In this document: in pieces, positions 20,410 to 28,910 of the stretch | Layout of the letters: each line of letters starts with the position of its first letter | Position numbering within the stretch: the stretch's first letter is position 1 | DNA from: an uncultured Gemmatimonadaceae bacterium | GTDB lineage: Bacteria; Gemmatimonadota; Gemmatimonadetes; Gemmatimonadales; Gemmatimonadaceae | NCBI GenBank assembly: GCA_963790305.1 | Contig: CAWBOC010000009.1 | Span: forward strand, 512,001-576,000 | Length of the DNA: 64,000 bases | Reading direction: 5' to 3' | Notes under the pieces: model-generated | Told to the model about the DNA's origin: nothing | Database searches by the model: none | The model's input: the letters and a program-made list of their open reading frames with translations, nothing else | Position numbers and translations under genes: made by a program

Positions 20410-22482
20410 ATGGCCGAGCCACGCGTCTACGCGCCGCGCGCGAGTCAAACCCCAGGTGAGCCGCGGGACTTCGCGGCCGAGCTGAATCCCGAGCAGCTCG
20501 CCGCGGCCACGCATGGCGACGGACCGCTGCTCATCGTCGCCGGAGCCGGCACCGGAAAGACACGCACCCTCGTCTACCGCGTCGCGCATCTCATCGAGCG
20601 CGGCGTGCGCCCCGATCGCATTCTCCTCCTGACCTTCACACGGCGCGCCGCTCAGGAGATGCTGGCGCGTGCGGAGCGGCTCGCCGGAGCGCGCAGCGGA
20701 CGGGTGCATGGCGGCACGTTCCACGCGACCGCGCACCGGCTTCTTCGCGTGTACGGCTCCGCGGCCGGGCTCGCCAAGGATTTCTCGATCATCGACCAGG
20801 GAGATGCCGAGGATCTCATGGGCCTCTCCCGCGCCGCCCTCGGCTACGCCCAGAAAAAGTCGCGCTTCCCCAAGAAGGAAACGCTGCACCACGTCTACTC
20901 GCGACACGTCAACACCGGCATCGCGATCGACGATATCGTCGCCGCCGAGTATCCGCAGTTCCTCGACTATCGCGAGGATCTCACGCGGATCTATGCCGAC
21001 TACACCAGTCGTAAGGAGGAGCGCAACCTCGTCGACTACGACGACCTGCTTCTGTTCTGGGCGGGAATGCTGGAAGGCGACACCGAGCTCGGGAAGCGGG
21101 TGTCCGGCCTCTACGACCACGTGCTCGTCGACGAATACCAGGATACGAATCTGCTGCAGGCGCGCATTCTGCTTGGTATGGCGCGCGAGCACCGGAACAT
21201 CACCGTTGTCGGGGACGACGCGCAGAGCATCTATGCGTTCCGCGGCGCGACGATTCGCAACATCCTCGACTTCCCCAGGCAGTTCACCGGCGCACGGGTC
21301 GTCACGCTCGAGCGCAACTACCGATCGACGCAGCCCATCCTCGACGTGACGAACACGCTCATCGCGCGCGCGCGTGAGCGCTACTCGAAGACGCTTCGCA
21401 CCGAGCGAACTGGCGGGGAGCCGCCCTGGCTCGTCGCCGCCCGCGACGAGTCGGCCCAAACGCGCTTCGTCGTGGACCGCATCCTCGAGCTGCACGAGTC
21501 GGGGACCGCCCTGCGCGAGATCGCCGTGCTCTTTCGTGCCGGCTACATGTCGGCGGATCTGGAGATCGAGCTCACCAATCGCAAGATCCCCTTCGAGAAA
21601 TGGGGCGGCCTCAAGTTTCTCGAAGCCGCTCACGTGAAGGACGTGCTCGCGTTCTTGCGAATCCTCGAGAATCCTCGCGATGAAGTGAGCTGGTATCGTG
21701 TACTGCTGCTGCTGCCCGGAATCGGCGACGCGACTGCGCGCGCCGCGGTCGAGGCAATGGCGCAGATGGCGTGGACATCGTCCGCCTTCGGACGCTTCAC
21801 GCCCCCGGCACGTGCGCGCGCCGCGCACGGCGCCCTGGTGAAACTTCTCGACGATCTGCGCAGCGGCGCCGATCTGGAAGGCCGAACCCTCAGCGCCGAG
21901 ATCGGTCACGTGCGCCGGCTCTACGACGATATTCTGCGCGAGCGGTACGATCGTCCCGAGCCCCGCCTTGCCGATCTCGATCAGCTGGAGGTGATCGCGG
22001 CCGGCTTCCCTTCGCGAGCGGTCTTTCTTTCCGCGCTGGCTCTCGAACCACCCTCGTCCACGCAGGATCTGGCCGGCCCGAGCGACCGGGAGCGGGACGT
22101 GCTGGTGCTCAGCACTGCCCACAGCGCCAAGGGACGCGAGTGGGACGGGGTGTTCCTGATCTGGGCGGTCGACGGATTCTTCCCGTCGTCACGCGCGCTC
22201 CGCAGCGAGGAGGAGACCGAGGAAGAGCGCCGGCTCATGTACGTCGCGCTCACACGCGCGCGGAACGACCTGGCAGTCGTCTACCCGCTCAACGCCTACC
22301 ACTCGCGCCGCGGCGCGGACTACTCCATGGATCAGTTGTCGCGGTTTATCGACCGAGGAGTCCGCGAAAAAATGCAGCGCGTGGCCACCGGCGAGGAGCC
22401 GGCCGCGACGGTGACCGCCACGGGCGGGCGGCAGCTCATCGACCTTCGCGCCCTCATGCGGGGGAAGTTCAAGACGTCCTGA
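20410..22482 (+). CDS. UvrD/Rep/PcrA-family (SF1A) ATP-dependent helicase
   Basis: LNPEQ, AGAGTGKT, DEYQD, VGDDAQSIYAFRGA, NYRS, HSAKGREW and EERRLMYVALTRA motifs. Confidence 0.94.
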   Translation: MAEPRVYAPRASQTPGEPRDFAAELNPEQLAAATHGDGPLLIVAGAGTGKTRTLVYRVAHLIERGVRPDRILLLTFTRRAAQEMLARAERLAGARSGRVHGGTFHATAHRLLRVYGSAAGLAKDFSIIDQGDAEDLMGLSRAALGYAQKKSRFPKKETLHHVYSRHVNTGIAIDDIVAAEYPQFLDYREDLTRIYADYTSRKEERNLVDYDDLLLFWAGMLEGDTELGKRVSGLYDHVLVDEYQDTNLLQARILLGMAREHRNITVVGDDAQSIYAFRGATIRNILDFPRQFTGARVVTLERNYRSTQPILDVTNTLIARARERYSKTLRTERTGGEPPWLVAARDESAQTRFVVDRILELHESGTALREIAVLFRAGYMSADLEIELTNRKIPFEKWGGLKFLEAAHVKDVLAFLRILENPRDEVSWYRVLLLLPGIGDATARAAVEAMAQMAWTSSAFGRFTPPARARAAHGALVKLLDDLRSGADLEGRTLSAEIGHVRRLYDDILRERYDRPEPRLADLDQLEVIAAGFPSRAVFLSALALEPPSSTQDLAGPSDRERDVLVLSTAHSAKGREWDGVFLIWAVDGFFPSSRALRSEEETEEERRLMYVALTRARNDLAVVYPLNAYHSRRGADYSMDQLSRFIDRGVREKMQRVATGEEPAATVTATGGRQLIDLRALMRGKFKTS

Positions 22483-22486
22483 GTCC

Positions 22487-23581
22487 CTACGGCCGCAGCC
22501 GGTCCACCCAGGCGTGGAGCTCGGCGTACGGATCGTCGGGGCGGCGTTTCGCCAGCGCCATCACGCGGGCGATCGCTCGGCGAAGATCCCGCCCTTCCGC
22601 CTCGTACACGCGCTCGAAGGCGTCGAGGTCAGTGAGATAGATACGTCGTGCGAGGAGCGCCGCGTTGTCCAGCTGCACGCGCGAGAGTGCGCGGGGATCG
22701 ACGCGGCGCAGCTGCGGCCCCACCGAGTCCACCAGCACGCGTCTCGCGCGCGCGTAGACCGTGTCGCGCGCGGCGAGCCGTGCCTCACGACTCTCCGGAT
22801 TGGCGCGATACGCAGAATCGAGGTGGCGCCACAGCGCCGTCCAGAAGCGTCCCAGCGTCTTGTCGTCCTCCCAATCCACCGCGGCTATGCGCGCGCGGAC
22901 GGAATCGCCTTCCGTGCGAAAAAACCACTCAGCCCCGTGGGCCCCGACGAACGTCGCGAACGACTCGTTGAACACCGCCTGCCCGGGGGCGTAGAACGTG
23001 TTGTGCGTGACCTCGTGAATCACGGTGTTCGCGAGGTCGAGAGAGTCGTAGCGAAGCGTCGTCGACAGCAAGGGATCGTTGAACCAGCCAAGCGTGCTGA
23101 ACGCAGCCGACGGCCGGAGATAGGTGTCGAGCCCCTGAGCCTCGAGATCCCGCGCCGCCTCCTGCGCCGCGCCGAAATCGAAGAATCCCTTGTAGGGAAC
23201 GCGCCCTACGATCGGGAACCACCAGGTGTGCGGCTCGAGCCGATCGCGATAGGCGGCCGACAGCACCAGCACCAAGGTGTCGCGCCGGAGACGGCTGTAC
23301 GTGGTGAAGCTCTCGCCTACGTCGAGCCTGATGGAGTCACGCGCGAACGCGCGCGCCTCGAGGACGAGCTGAAGCTTGAGTCGCGTTGCCTGGTCAGTGC
23401 CGGGATCATCGACGAGGCGCGCGATCTCTTTCCGGCCCGCGAGAATCCGTGCTTCCTCCCATCCAGCGCGACTCAGATAGCAGCCGGTCGGGGTGAGCGC
23501 GAGGAAGAGCACCACGGCGATCGTGAGCGCCGCGACCACGCGCTTGACGACCCGCCGTACCCGGGCCACGAAAGGCGTCAC
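22487..23581 (-). CDS. Putative exported zinc aminopeptidase (DUF2265-like)
   Basis: WWFPIVGRVPYKGFF, AFSTLGWFNDPLL and HEVTH...FNESFA (HExxH...E); GTG start after GGGAGG. Confidence 0.85.
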   Translation of the reverse strand: MTPFVARVRRVVKRVVAALTIAVVLFLALTPTGCYLSRAGWEEARILAGRKEIARLVDDPGTDQATRLKLQLVLEARAFARDSIRLDVGESFTTYSRLRRDTLVLVLSAAYRDRLEPHTWWFPIVGRVPYKGFFDFGAAQEAARDLEAQGLDTYLRPSAAFSTLGWFNDPLLSTTLRYDSLDLANTVIHEVTHNTFYAPGQAVFNESFATFVGAHGAEWFFRTEGDSVRARIAAVDWEDDKTLGRFWTALWRHLDSAYRANPESREARLAARDTVYARARRVLVDSVGPQLRRVDPRALSRVQLDNAALLARRIYLTDLDAFERVYEAEGRDLRRAIARVMALAKRRPDDPYAELHAWVDRLRP

Positions 23582-23603
23582 CGCCTCCCGAAGAGCGTGC
23601 CGC

Positions 23604-24551
23604 CTAACGCCACCACCGGAGCCCGAACCAATGCGTCGTGAGCGCCAGCGCGTCGAAGGACTGGTATGCGTAGTCGAGCGCGAAGTGACGCGCACGCACG
23701 CCGCCACCGAAGGAGAGAGGCAATGTCGCCGCACCCTCGCTCTGGGCCAGGGCGCCGACGCGTGCACTGAACGCCAGCCCGTTCGCTGAAGTCCAGGTCA
23801 CCTCGGCGCCGCCGAGCGGAAGGACATCGCCCTCGCGGTGCTGGGCGACTTCGACCGTGCCGAGTACATCGAAAGGCCCGATGCCGCGCCAGGGCAGCGA
23901 TGCGCCGAGTCGGAGAAACCGCGGGAGGGGTGCGCTCGATCCGGCGGTCTTCAGGGTGGGGCCGATATTCTGGATGCTCACGCCGACGGTGGCGCCGCGC
24001 CACACGTCGATCGCGGCGCCGACGTCGATCGCCGGGGCACCGCCGCTGGCATCGGCGAGCGACTGCCGGACGTACTTGGCGGCGGCGCCGAGTCGCACCA
24101 TGCGCCACGTCATGCCGTATCCCACCGAGGCGGCCACATCGTTCGCTGACACGGTTCGACCGGTGGCCTCGCCGCGGTCGCACCCCGTACTGTCATCGCA
24201 CACGTATTCGTCGGCACTCCCGTAGCTCAGCACCTGGACACCGATGCCCACCGTCCCGGGGCCGAGCTGAAAGGCCGCCGAGAGCGCGCCGAGCGTGGAT
24301 CCCTCAATGTAGGGCTGCACGGACATGCTGGCCGCCCGACCCTCCACCGTGGCGAGCTGCGACGCGTTGTAGAAGAGTGCCGCGTCATCCGCTGCGGCGG
24401 TGACGTAGGCACCGCCAAGGGCCAGTGCGCGTGCGCTCGCGGGGAGCTCGAGGATGATGGCGCCGGTGCGCCCGCCCTGCGCCAGCGCGATCGACGGCGC
24501 AGCGGCTGCCACGGCGACGAGGGCGAAATTCGTGAATCGCATCATGGTCAC
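23604..24551 (-). CDS. PorV/PorQ-like (FadL-superfamily) outer membrane barrel
   Basis: Signal peptide, SARALALGGA...ALFYNASQLA, GAAAKY, DVG, LDYAY...THWFGL. Confidence 0.78.
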   Translation of the reverse strand: MTMMRFTNFALVAVAAAAPSIALAQGGRTGAIILELPASARALALGGAYVTAAADDAALFYNASQLATVEGRAASMSVQPYIEGSTLGALSAAFQLGPGTVGIGVQVLSYGSADEYVCDDSTGCDRGEATGRTVSANDVAASVGYGMTWRMVRLGAAAKYVRQSLADASGGAPAIDVGAAIDVWRGATVGVSIQNIGPTLKTAGSSAPLPRFLRLGASLPWRGIGPFDVLGTVEVAQHREGDVLPLGGAEVTWTSANGLAFSARVGALAQSEGAATLPLSFGGGVRARHFALDYAYQSFDALALTTHWFGLRWWR

Positions 24552-26845
24552 CGCACGATGAAGACTTTGCGCCGCATCATTCCCGACGGCATGTCGGCCA
24601 CGAGCACGTACACCCCGTTGACGACGGCCCCGCCGCCCTCGGTCTGAAGATTCCAGCGCAGCGTGGTAGCGTCGTCGAAATCCGTGTCACGGAAGGAACG
24701 GACCCGTTTCCCGGCAAAGTCGTAGAGGTCAACGCGGCGTGGTGCCTCGGCAAAGCGGATCACCACCGGCGACGAGCGCACCGGGTTCTGCGAGATGTTG
24801 AACGATTCGCCCTGCGCGAGCATGAGCGCGCGCACATTCGCCACCGCGGCAGCGACATCCAGCTTTCCGAATCCCCACAATGCGTTAGGCGACGTGTTGG
24901 GTTCACCCGTGAACGTGCGATTCGTGAACCCGTCCCGCCGCGCACCACGCTGGAGGGCGTCAATGGCCTGCTCCGGGGTGAGATGCCGGTAGACCGAGAG
25001 CATGAGGGCGACGGTCCCGGTGACATGCGGCGCCGACATGCTCGTACCAACCTCGATGACGTGTGCGCTGTCCTGGCTCACCGCCCGCTGATCGCCGCCG
25101 AAGTTTGCGTCACGTGACAGTGACGACAGCGCGACTCCAGGAGCCGTGATTTCCGGCTTGAGTCGGCCGTCTCGGGTCGGGCCTGGAGAGCTGAAGTAAA
25201 GCAACTCGTTCGGTGGAACGAGCTGGGCGTCGAAAAGGTAGTCCTGCCCGTCGAAGCCGCGCCACGAGACGAAGGCGTGGTAGCCTCCGACGGCAATCAC
25301 GCGCTCCGCATCTGCGGGAGACTGCACGAGCCGCCGGTTTGTCCCGCCAGTCGTAAAGTACGCCTCGGTGCTGATGAGCGAGAAGGGAATGTACGCGTCG
25401 ACGAGCCCGGGTCCGGAGCCGGATGTCTTCCTGAAAATGAGGCGCCACGTTCCCACTGCCGGCGCGGTTCCGCCGTCGAGCCATTCCCCGATGAACGCCG
25501 TGAAATAGTTGGTGCTCGAGGTAGAAAACCCGGACGACGACTCGAAGTCGTCGAGAATGGAATCGCCGCGCGCGGTGCCGTTGTAGGCGAGTACACCGCC
25601 CCCGGCGCCCAGTGACGCGGTAGCCGCGTTGAACCCGACATCAATGCGACTGCCGTCTGGGCGCTGGAGCGTGACGGCGAAGGTGTCCTGCGGCGAATAG
25701 AACGCCTGAAGCAGCATCAGGTCGTCATCGCTCCCCGAGCCTCGGGTGTAGTTAGGCCTGACGAACTCGATCACCCCGCTGTCGCCACGCGCAACCGTTG
25801 TCTCACCGTGCAGCGAGCCGATGAGCGCGAAGTTCGACCCGTCGTTCCCGGCCGCCGCCACGATGATGCGGCCCGGTCCCGACAGCTCATCCATGATCAC
25901 CGACAGGGCCTGCCGGCCATCGTGAGGGCCGAACTGCGTCCCGAGACTGAGATTCACCACTGCCGGCTTTCCGAGCTGCTCGGCCCTTGCGAAGATGTAC
26001 GCGACGCCATCGACGACCGAGGTGCTGGAGAGGCTCGTTCGTACGACAATCAGGTCAGCCTCAGGCGCGACCCCGACGTAGTCGTAGCGCGGCTGCCCTC
26101 GGTTCGCGCCGGAGCCATCGCCGGCGGCGATGCCTGCCACGTGAGTGCCATGGCCGTCACGATCGCGCGACGGACAGGTCCCGTTTCTCCCGAGCTGCTC
26201 CTGCCGGCATTCGATGCCGTAGTTGAACGTCAGGCCAGACACGTTTCCCGGGGGCCCACCGGTGGCCGCGGGCGGCGGAGCGTGGTCCCAGAGATAGAGA
26301 ATACGCGAGCGCCCGGTCACGTCGTCAATGAAATCACCGTGACGGAAATCGATTCCCGAATCGACGATGCCGACAATGGTGCCCTGCCCCGTCGCTCCCG
26401 AGAACTCATCCCGATCGACACGGCGTCGCACGCCGGAAGCGCGGATCTCGTCCATCGTGGATGTGCTGTAGCTCACTCGCGGCGCGAACTCCACGGCGCG
26501 AACGCCAGCGAGGGAGCGAACCTCGCGCAGCCGCTCCACCGGGACGCGCGCGGTGAGCCATTCACCGGCGCGGATGCCAACGCGCGCACCGAGCGCTGTG
26601 AGCGCGTCCTCGACACCGGGAGCACCCCGCACGAACACGTCGACGGTGATCGCACCGGACTCGTCACGAGACAGCGACACTCGAGCGCTTCGCGCAGAGA
26701 GACCGAGCTCATGGGCGCGTGCAATTTCATCGAGCGCCCGGCGCTCTCTCGATTGCGACGCGCGCTTCGCGGGGCGCTCAACGACCCCCTGCGCCGCGAG
26801 CGCCGGCGCGCAGAGGAGACCGAGGACAAGCAGTCGCAAATGCAT
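24548..26845 (-). CDS. S8 subtilisin-like serine protease with a C-terminal T9SS-CTD/FlgD-Ig-like domain
   Basis: Catalytic motifs VDSG, HGTHVAG, AAGN, GTSMS; tail QNPVR...DLYDFAGKRVR...RWNL...NGVYVL...KVFIVR. Confidence 0.9.
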   Translation of the reverse strand: MHLRLLVLGLLCAPALAAQGVVERPAKRASQSRERRALDEIARAHELGLSARSARVSLSRDESGAITVDVFVRGAPGVEDALTALGARVGIRAGEWLTARVPVERLREVRSLAGVRAVEFAPRVSYSTSTMDEIRASGVRRRVDRDEFSGATGQGTIVGIVDSGIDFRHGDFIDDVTGRSRILYLWDHAPPPAATGGPPGNVSGLTFNYGIECRQEQLGRNGTCPSRDRDGHGTHVAGIAAGDGSGANRGQPRYDYVGVAPEADLIVVRTSLSSTSVVDGVAYIFARAEQLGKPAVVNLSLGTQFGPHDGRQALSVIMDELSGPGRIIVAAAGNDGSNFALIGSLHGETTVARGDSGVIEFVRPNYTRGSGSDDDLMLLQAFYSPQDTFAVTLQRPDGSRIDVGFNAATASLGAGGGVLAYNGTARGDSILDDFESSSGFSTSSTNYFTAFIGEWLDGGTAPAVGTWRLIFRKTSGSGPGLVDAYIPFSLISTEAYFTTGGTNRRLVQSPADAERVIAVGGYHAFVSWRGFDGQDYLFDAQLVPPNELLYFSSPGPTRDGRLKPEITAPGVALSSLSRDANFGGDQRAVSQDSAHVIEVGTSMSAPHVTGTVALMLSVYRHLTPEQAIDALQRGARRDGFTNRTFTGEPNTSPNALWGFGKLDVAAAVANVRALMLAQGESFNISQNPVRSSPVVIRFAEAPRRVDLYDFAGKRVRSFRDTDFDDATTLRWNLQTEGGGAVVNGVYVLVADMPSGMMRRKVFIVR

Positions 26846-26926
26846 TCGGTGCGTCCGAGTGGGGCGTCGGGACGAGGCGCGGCGGAGTCGCCGGCGCAGC
26901 AACATAGCGGCGGGACCGCTGGACGG

Positions 26927-27013
26927 CGAGGTAGTTGAGGTCAGCGACGTACTCGAGGGTGTCGAGGTGAAAACGGCTAGCTTCGACACCCTCGACAACC
27001 TCGACAACCTCGA
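26927..27013. repeat. Inverted 9-mer tandem-repeat element
   Basis: CGAGGTAGT..CGAGGGTGT CGAGGTGAA versus TTCGACACC CTCGACAAC CTCGACAAC CTCGA. Confidence 0.8.
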
Positions 27014-27014
27014 T

Positions 27015-28703
27015 TTACGGAAGTCTGAACAGCCCCAGCTGTGCCTTCAACGCCGCGGCGAACACCTCTCCCTCCGGCCTTGCGAACCGGAAACCGATCG
27101 CCGGGTCAGCGGGGGATACGGTCTGGAAGTACTCCATCGTTCCGGGATACATGGAGGCCTCCACGCTTGCCCCGGCCGCGAGCGCCCGAGGGACGAGCGG
27201 ATACACTCTCGGAAACTGCGCCGGCGCGATCTCGTTCAGACGCGCAAAAATCCTACGCAGGTTGCGCGACTTGTATCGGTTCCGCTCGGGAACGCTCGTT
27301 CGCGGATGGCCCGGAATGCTGTCCGTCCAGAGCGCGAGGGCCCAGTCACCGAAGAGCACCGGGAACGACTCCGCCGCCACGTTTTCGACGTTGGCGATAC
27401 TCGTAAGGTTCGTCTGCACCAGACGGCGGAAGATCGTGCTGTCTTTCTGATCGGCGAGCCACCGAAGAAAGAGCCACGCCGCACCGCGCTCCTCGAGCGT
27501 GCCCGTCGACGCGAACAGCGTCACCGATGTCGTCGCAGGCGACTCGAGGAAGTCGTACGAGTTCGAGAGATCGTTGTTGATGAAGATGTTGGCCGTGTCG
27601 CTGAAGAGCCGTCCGGGCGGCAGGATCGGATACTTGTTGTCGTAGTGCCGCGCGACCATTTCCTCGGCGATATGGCTCAGCCCTTCGTTCAGCCATGACT
27701 CCTCGTCCGGACCACTGCGGGCGAGCACGTGCTGATTGAACGAGATCATGTGCTGGAACTCGTGGATGAACGTCGGCGGCGTGCTGGCTTCGACGACGTT
27801 CACGGGTCGTGCACAGGAGAACTGCCCCTGTGGATCGGGGACGAGTGAATAAAAAACCTCGCCCTGATTCGAGTTGGTACCTGTCGTGAGGTCCAGTCCG
27901 AAGAAGAATCCGGAGATGACCACCTCGCAGTTGCTCCTCGGCGTGAGCCCGTTGACGATCGGCGTCATGAGCACGATGACGCGGTCGTTGGCGTCGATGT
28001 CGGACTCCGAGCCGAAGGTGCTCACTCCGATGGGGTACAGGTCCTGATCGAACCACGTGCCGAGCTTGGTGATCACGGAGTCGGAGAGACCATTCGGGCC
28101 CGACGGCGATTGATTGTCGATGTAGATCAGGATGTTCTGACCCGCGAAGCGGAGTGTCGCGGTAACGGTGACGAAGGTCGGCTGCTGCTGGCTATTCTCG
28201 GGGATGGACGACAGCACCCTGAACGTTCGGGAGGAGCCGACCTGCTGGAACGAGGGACCGCGGATCGCCTGGGACGACAGCGAGAGTGCGCGAAGCTCCC
28301 GCGCTTCGCGCGGCGCTGACGGCGCGAGGCGGCGCTCGATCTGCCGAAGGACGTTGTCGAGCCGAGCCGCCGGCGACACCGTGCGCGGGCCAACCGCGCT
28401 GGCCGCAGCGGCGAGGGACCCACCGTTGCCGAGGGCGTACCGGACGAGCGCGCGGGTGGCAGTCTCGGTTGGGAACTGGGGAACGACCAGGTATTTCGCC
28501 CCGTTGCCCGTCACCCAGGCGCACTCGTTGAGATCCGAGCTGCGGATGGTCCTGGCCTGAAATACCGCCATAGGCACCGTGCCGCTCGCGGCGTCGGCGG
28601 CCTCGCACGAGACGACGACTGACGGGTCCGGCCCGGGGGAATCTGAGCAGCCCGCGACAAGAACGACGCTCGGAACCAGTAAACGGGATAGGAACGGGCG
28701 CAT
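27015..28703 (-). CDS. Zinc metallopeptidase lipoprotein (M30/hyicolysin-like)
   Basis: Lipobox VAGC; FGSESDIDAN, HEFQHMI and WLNEGLSH motifs. Confidence 0.78.
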   Translation of the reverse strand: MRPFLSRLLVPSVVLVAGCSDSPGPDPSVVVSCEAADAASGTVPMAVFQARTIRSSDLNECAWVTGNGAKYLVVPQFPTETATRALVRYALGNGGSLAAAASAVGPRTVSPAARLDNVLRQIERRLAPSAPREARELRALSLSSQAIRGPSFQQVGSSRTFRVLSSIPENSQQQPTFVTVTATLRFAGQNILIYIDNQSPSGPNGLSDSVITKLGTWFDQDLYPIGVSTFGSESDIDANDRVIVLMTPIVNGLTPRSNCEVVISGFFFGLDLTTGTNSNQGEVFYSLVPDPQGQFSCARPVNVVEASTPPTFIHEFQHMISFNQHVLARSGPDEESWLNEGLSHIAEEMVARHYDNKYPILPPGRLFSDTANIFINNDLSNSYDFLESPATTSVTLFASTGTLEERGAAWLFLRWLADQKDSTIFRRLVQTNLTSIANVENVAAESFPVLFGDWALALWTDSIPGHPRTSVPERNRYKSRNLRRIFARLNEIAPAQFPRVYPLVPRALAAGASVEASMYPGTMEYFQTVSPADPAIGFRFARPEGEVFAAALKAQLGLFRLP

Positions 28704-28910
28704 TGAACCTCGATCGTTAAGAGGGCGCCCCACTCAATGGTGCGGCGCCCTGCTGTTATTCAGACGAGCGGATGAGCTCGCCCGTTCCGACGTTTAAACG
28801 GCAGCCATCTCCCCGGCAACCCGCTATTATTACAGATTGCCGGGTAAGGACATGCGAAGCCGCCTGTCCCCTTCATACACCCCGCTCAGGCAGAGGTTGT
28901 CACCCACCTG

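Noticed and set aside
26927..27013. Possible CRISPR array, also considered for the other short repeat clusters
   Set aside because: Units are 7-9 nt, tandem, without unique spacers, and no cas genes are present
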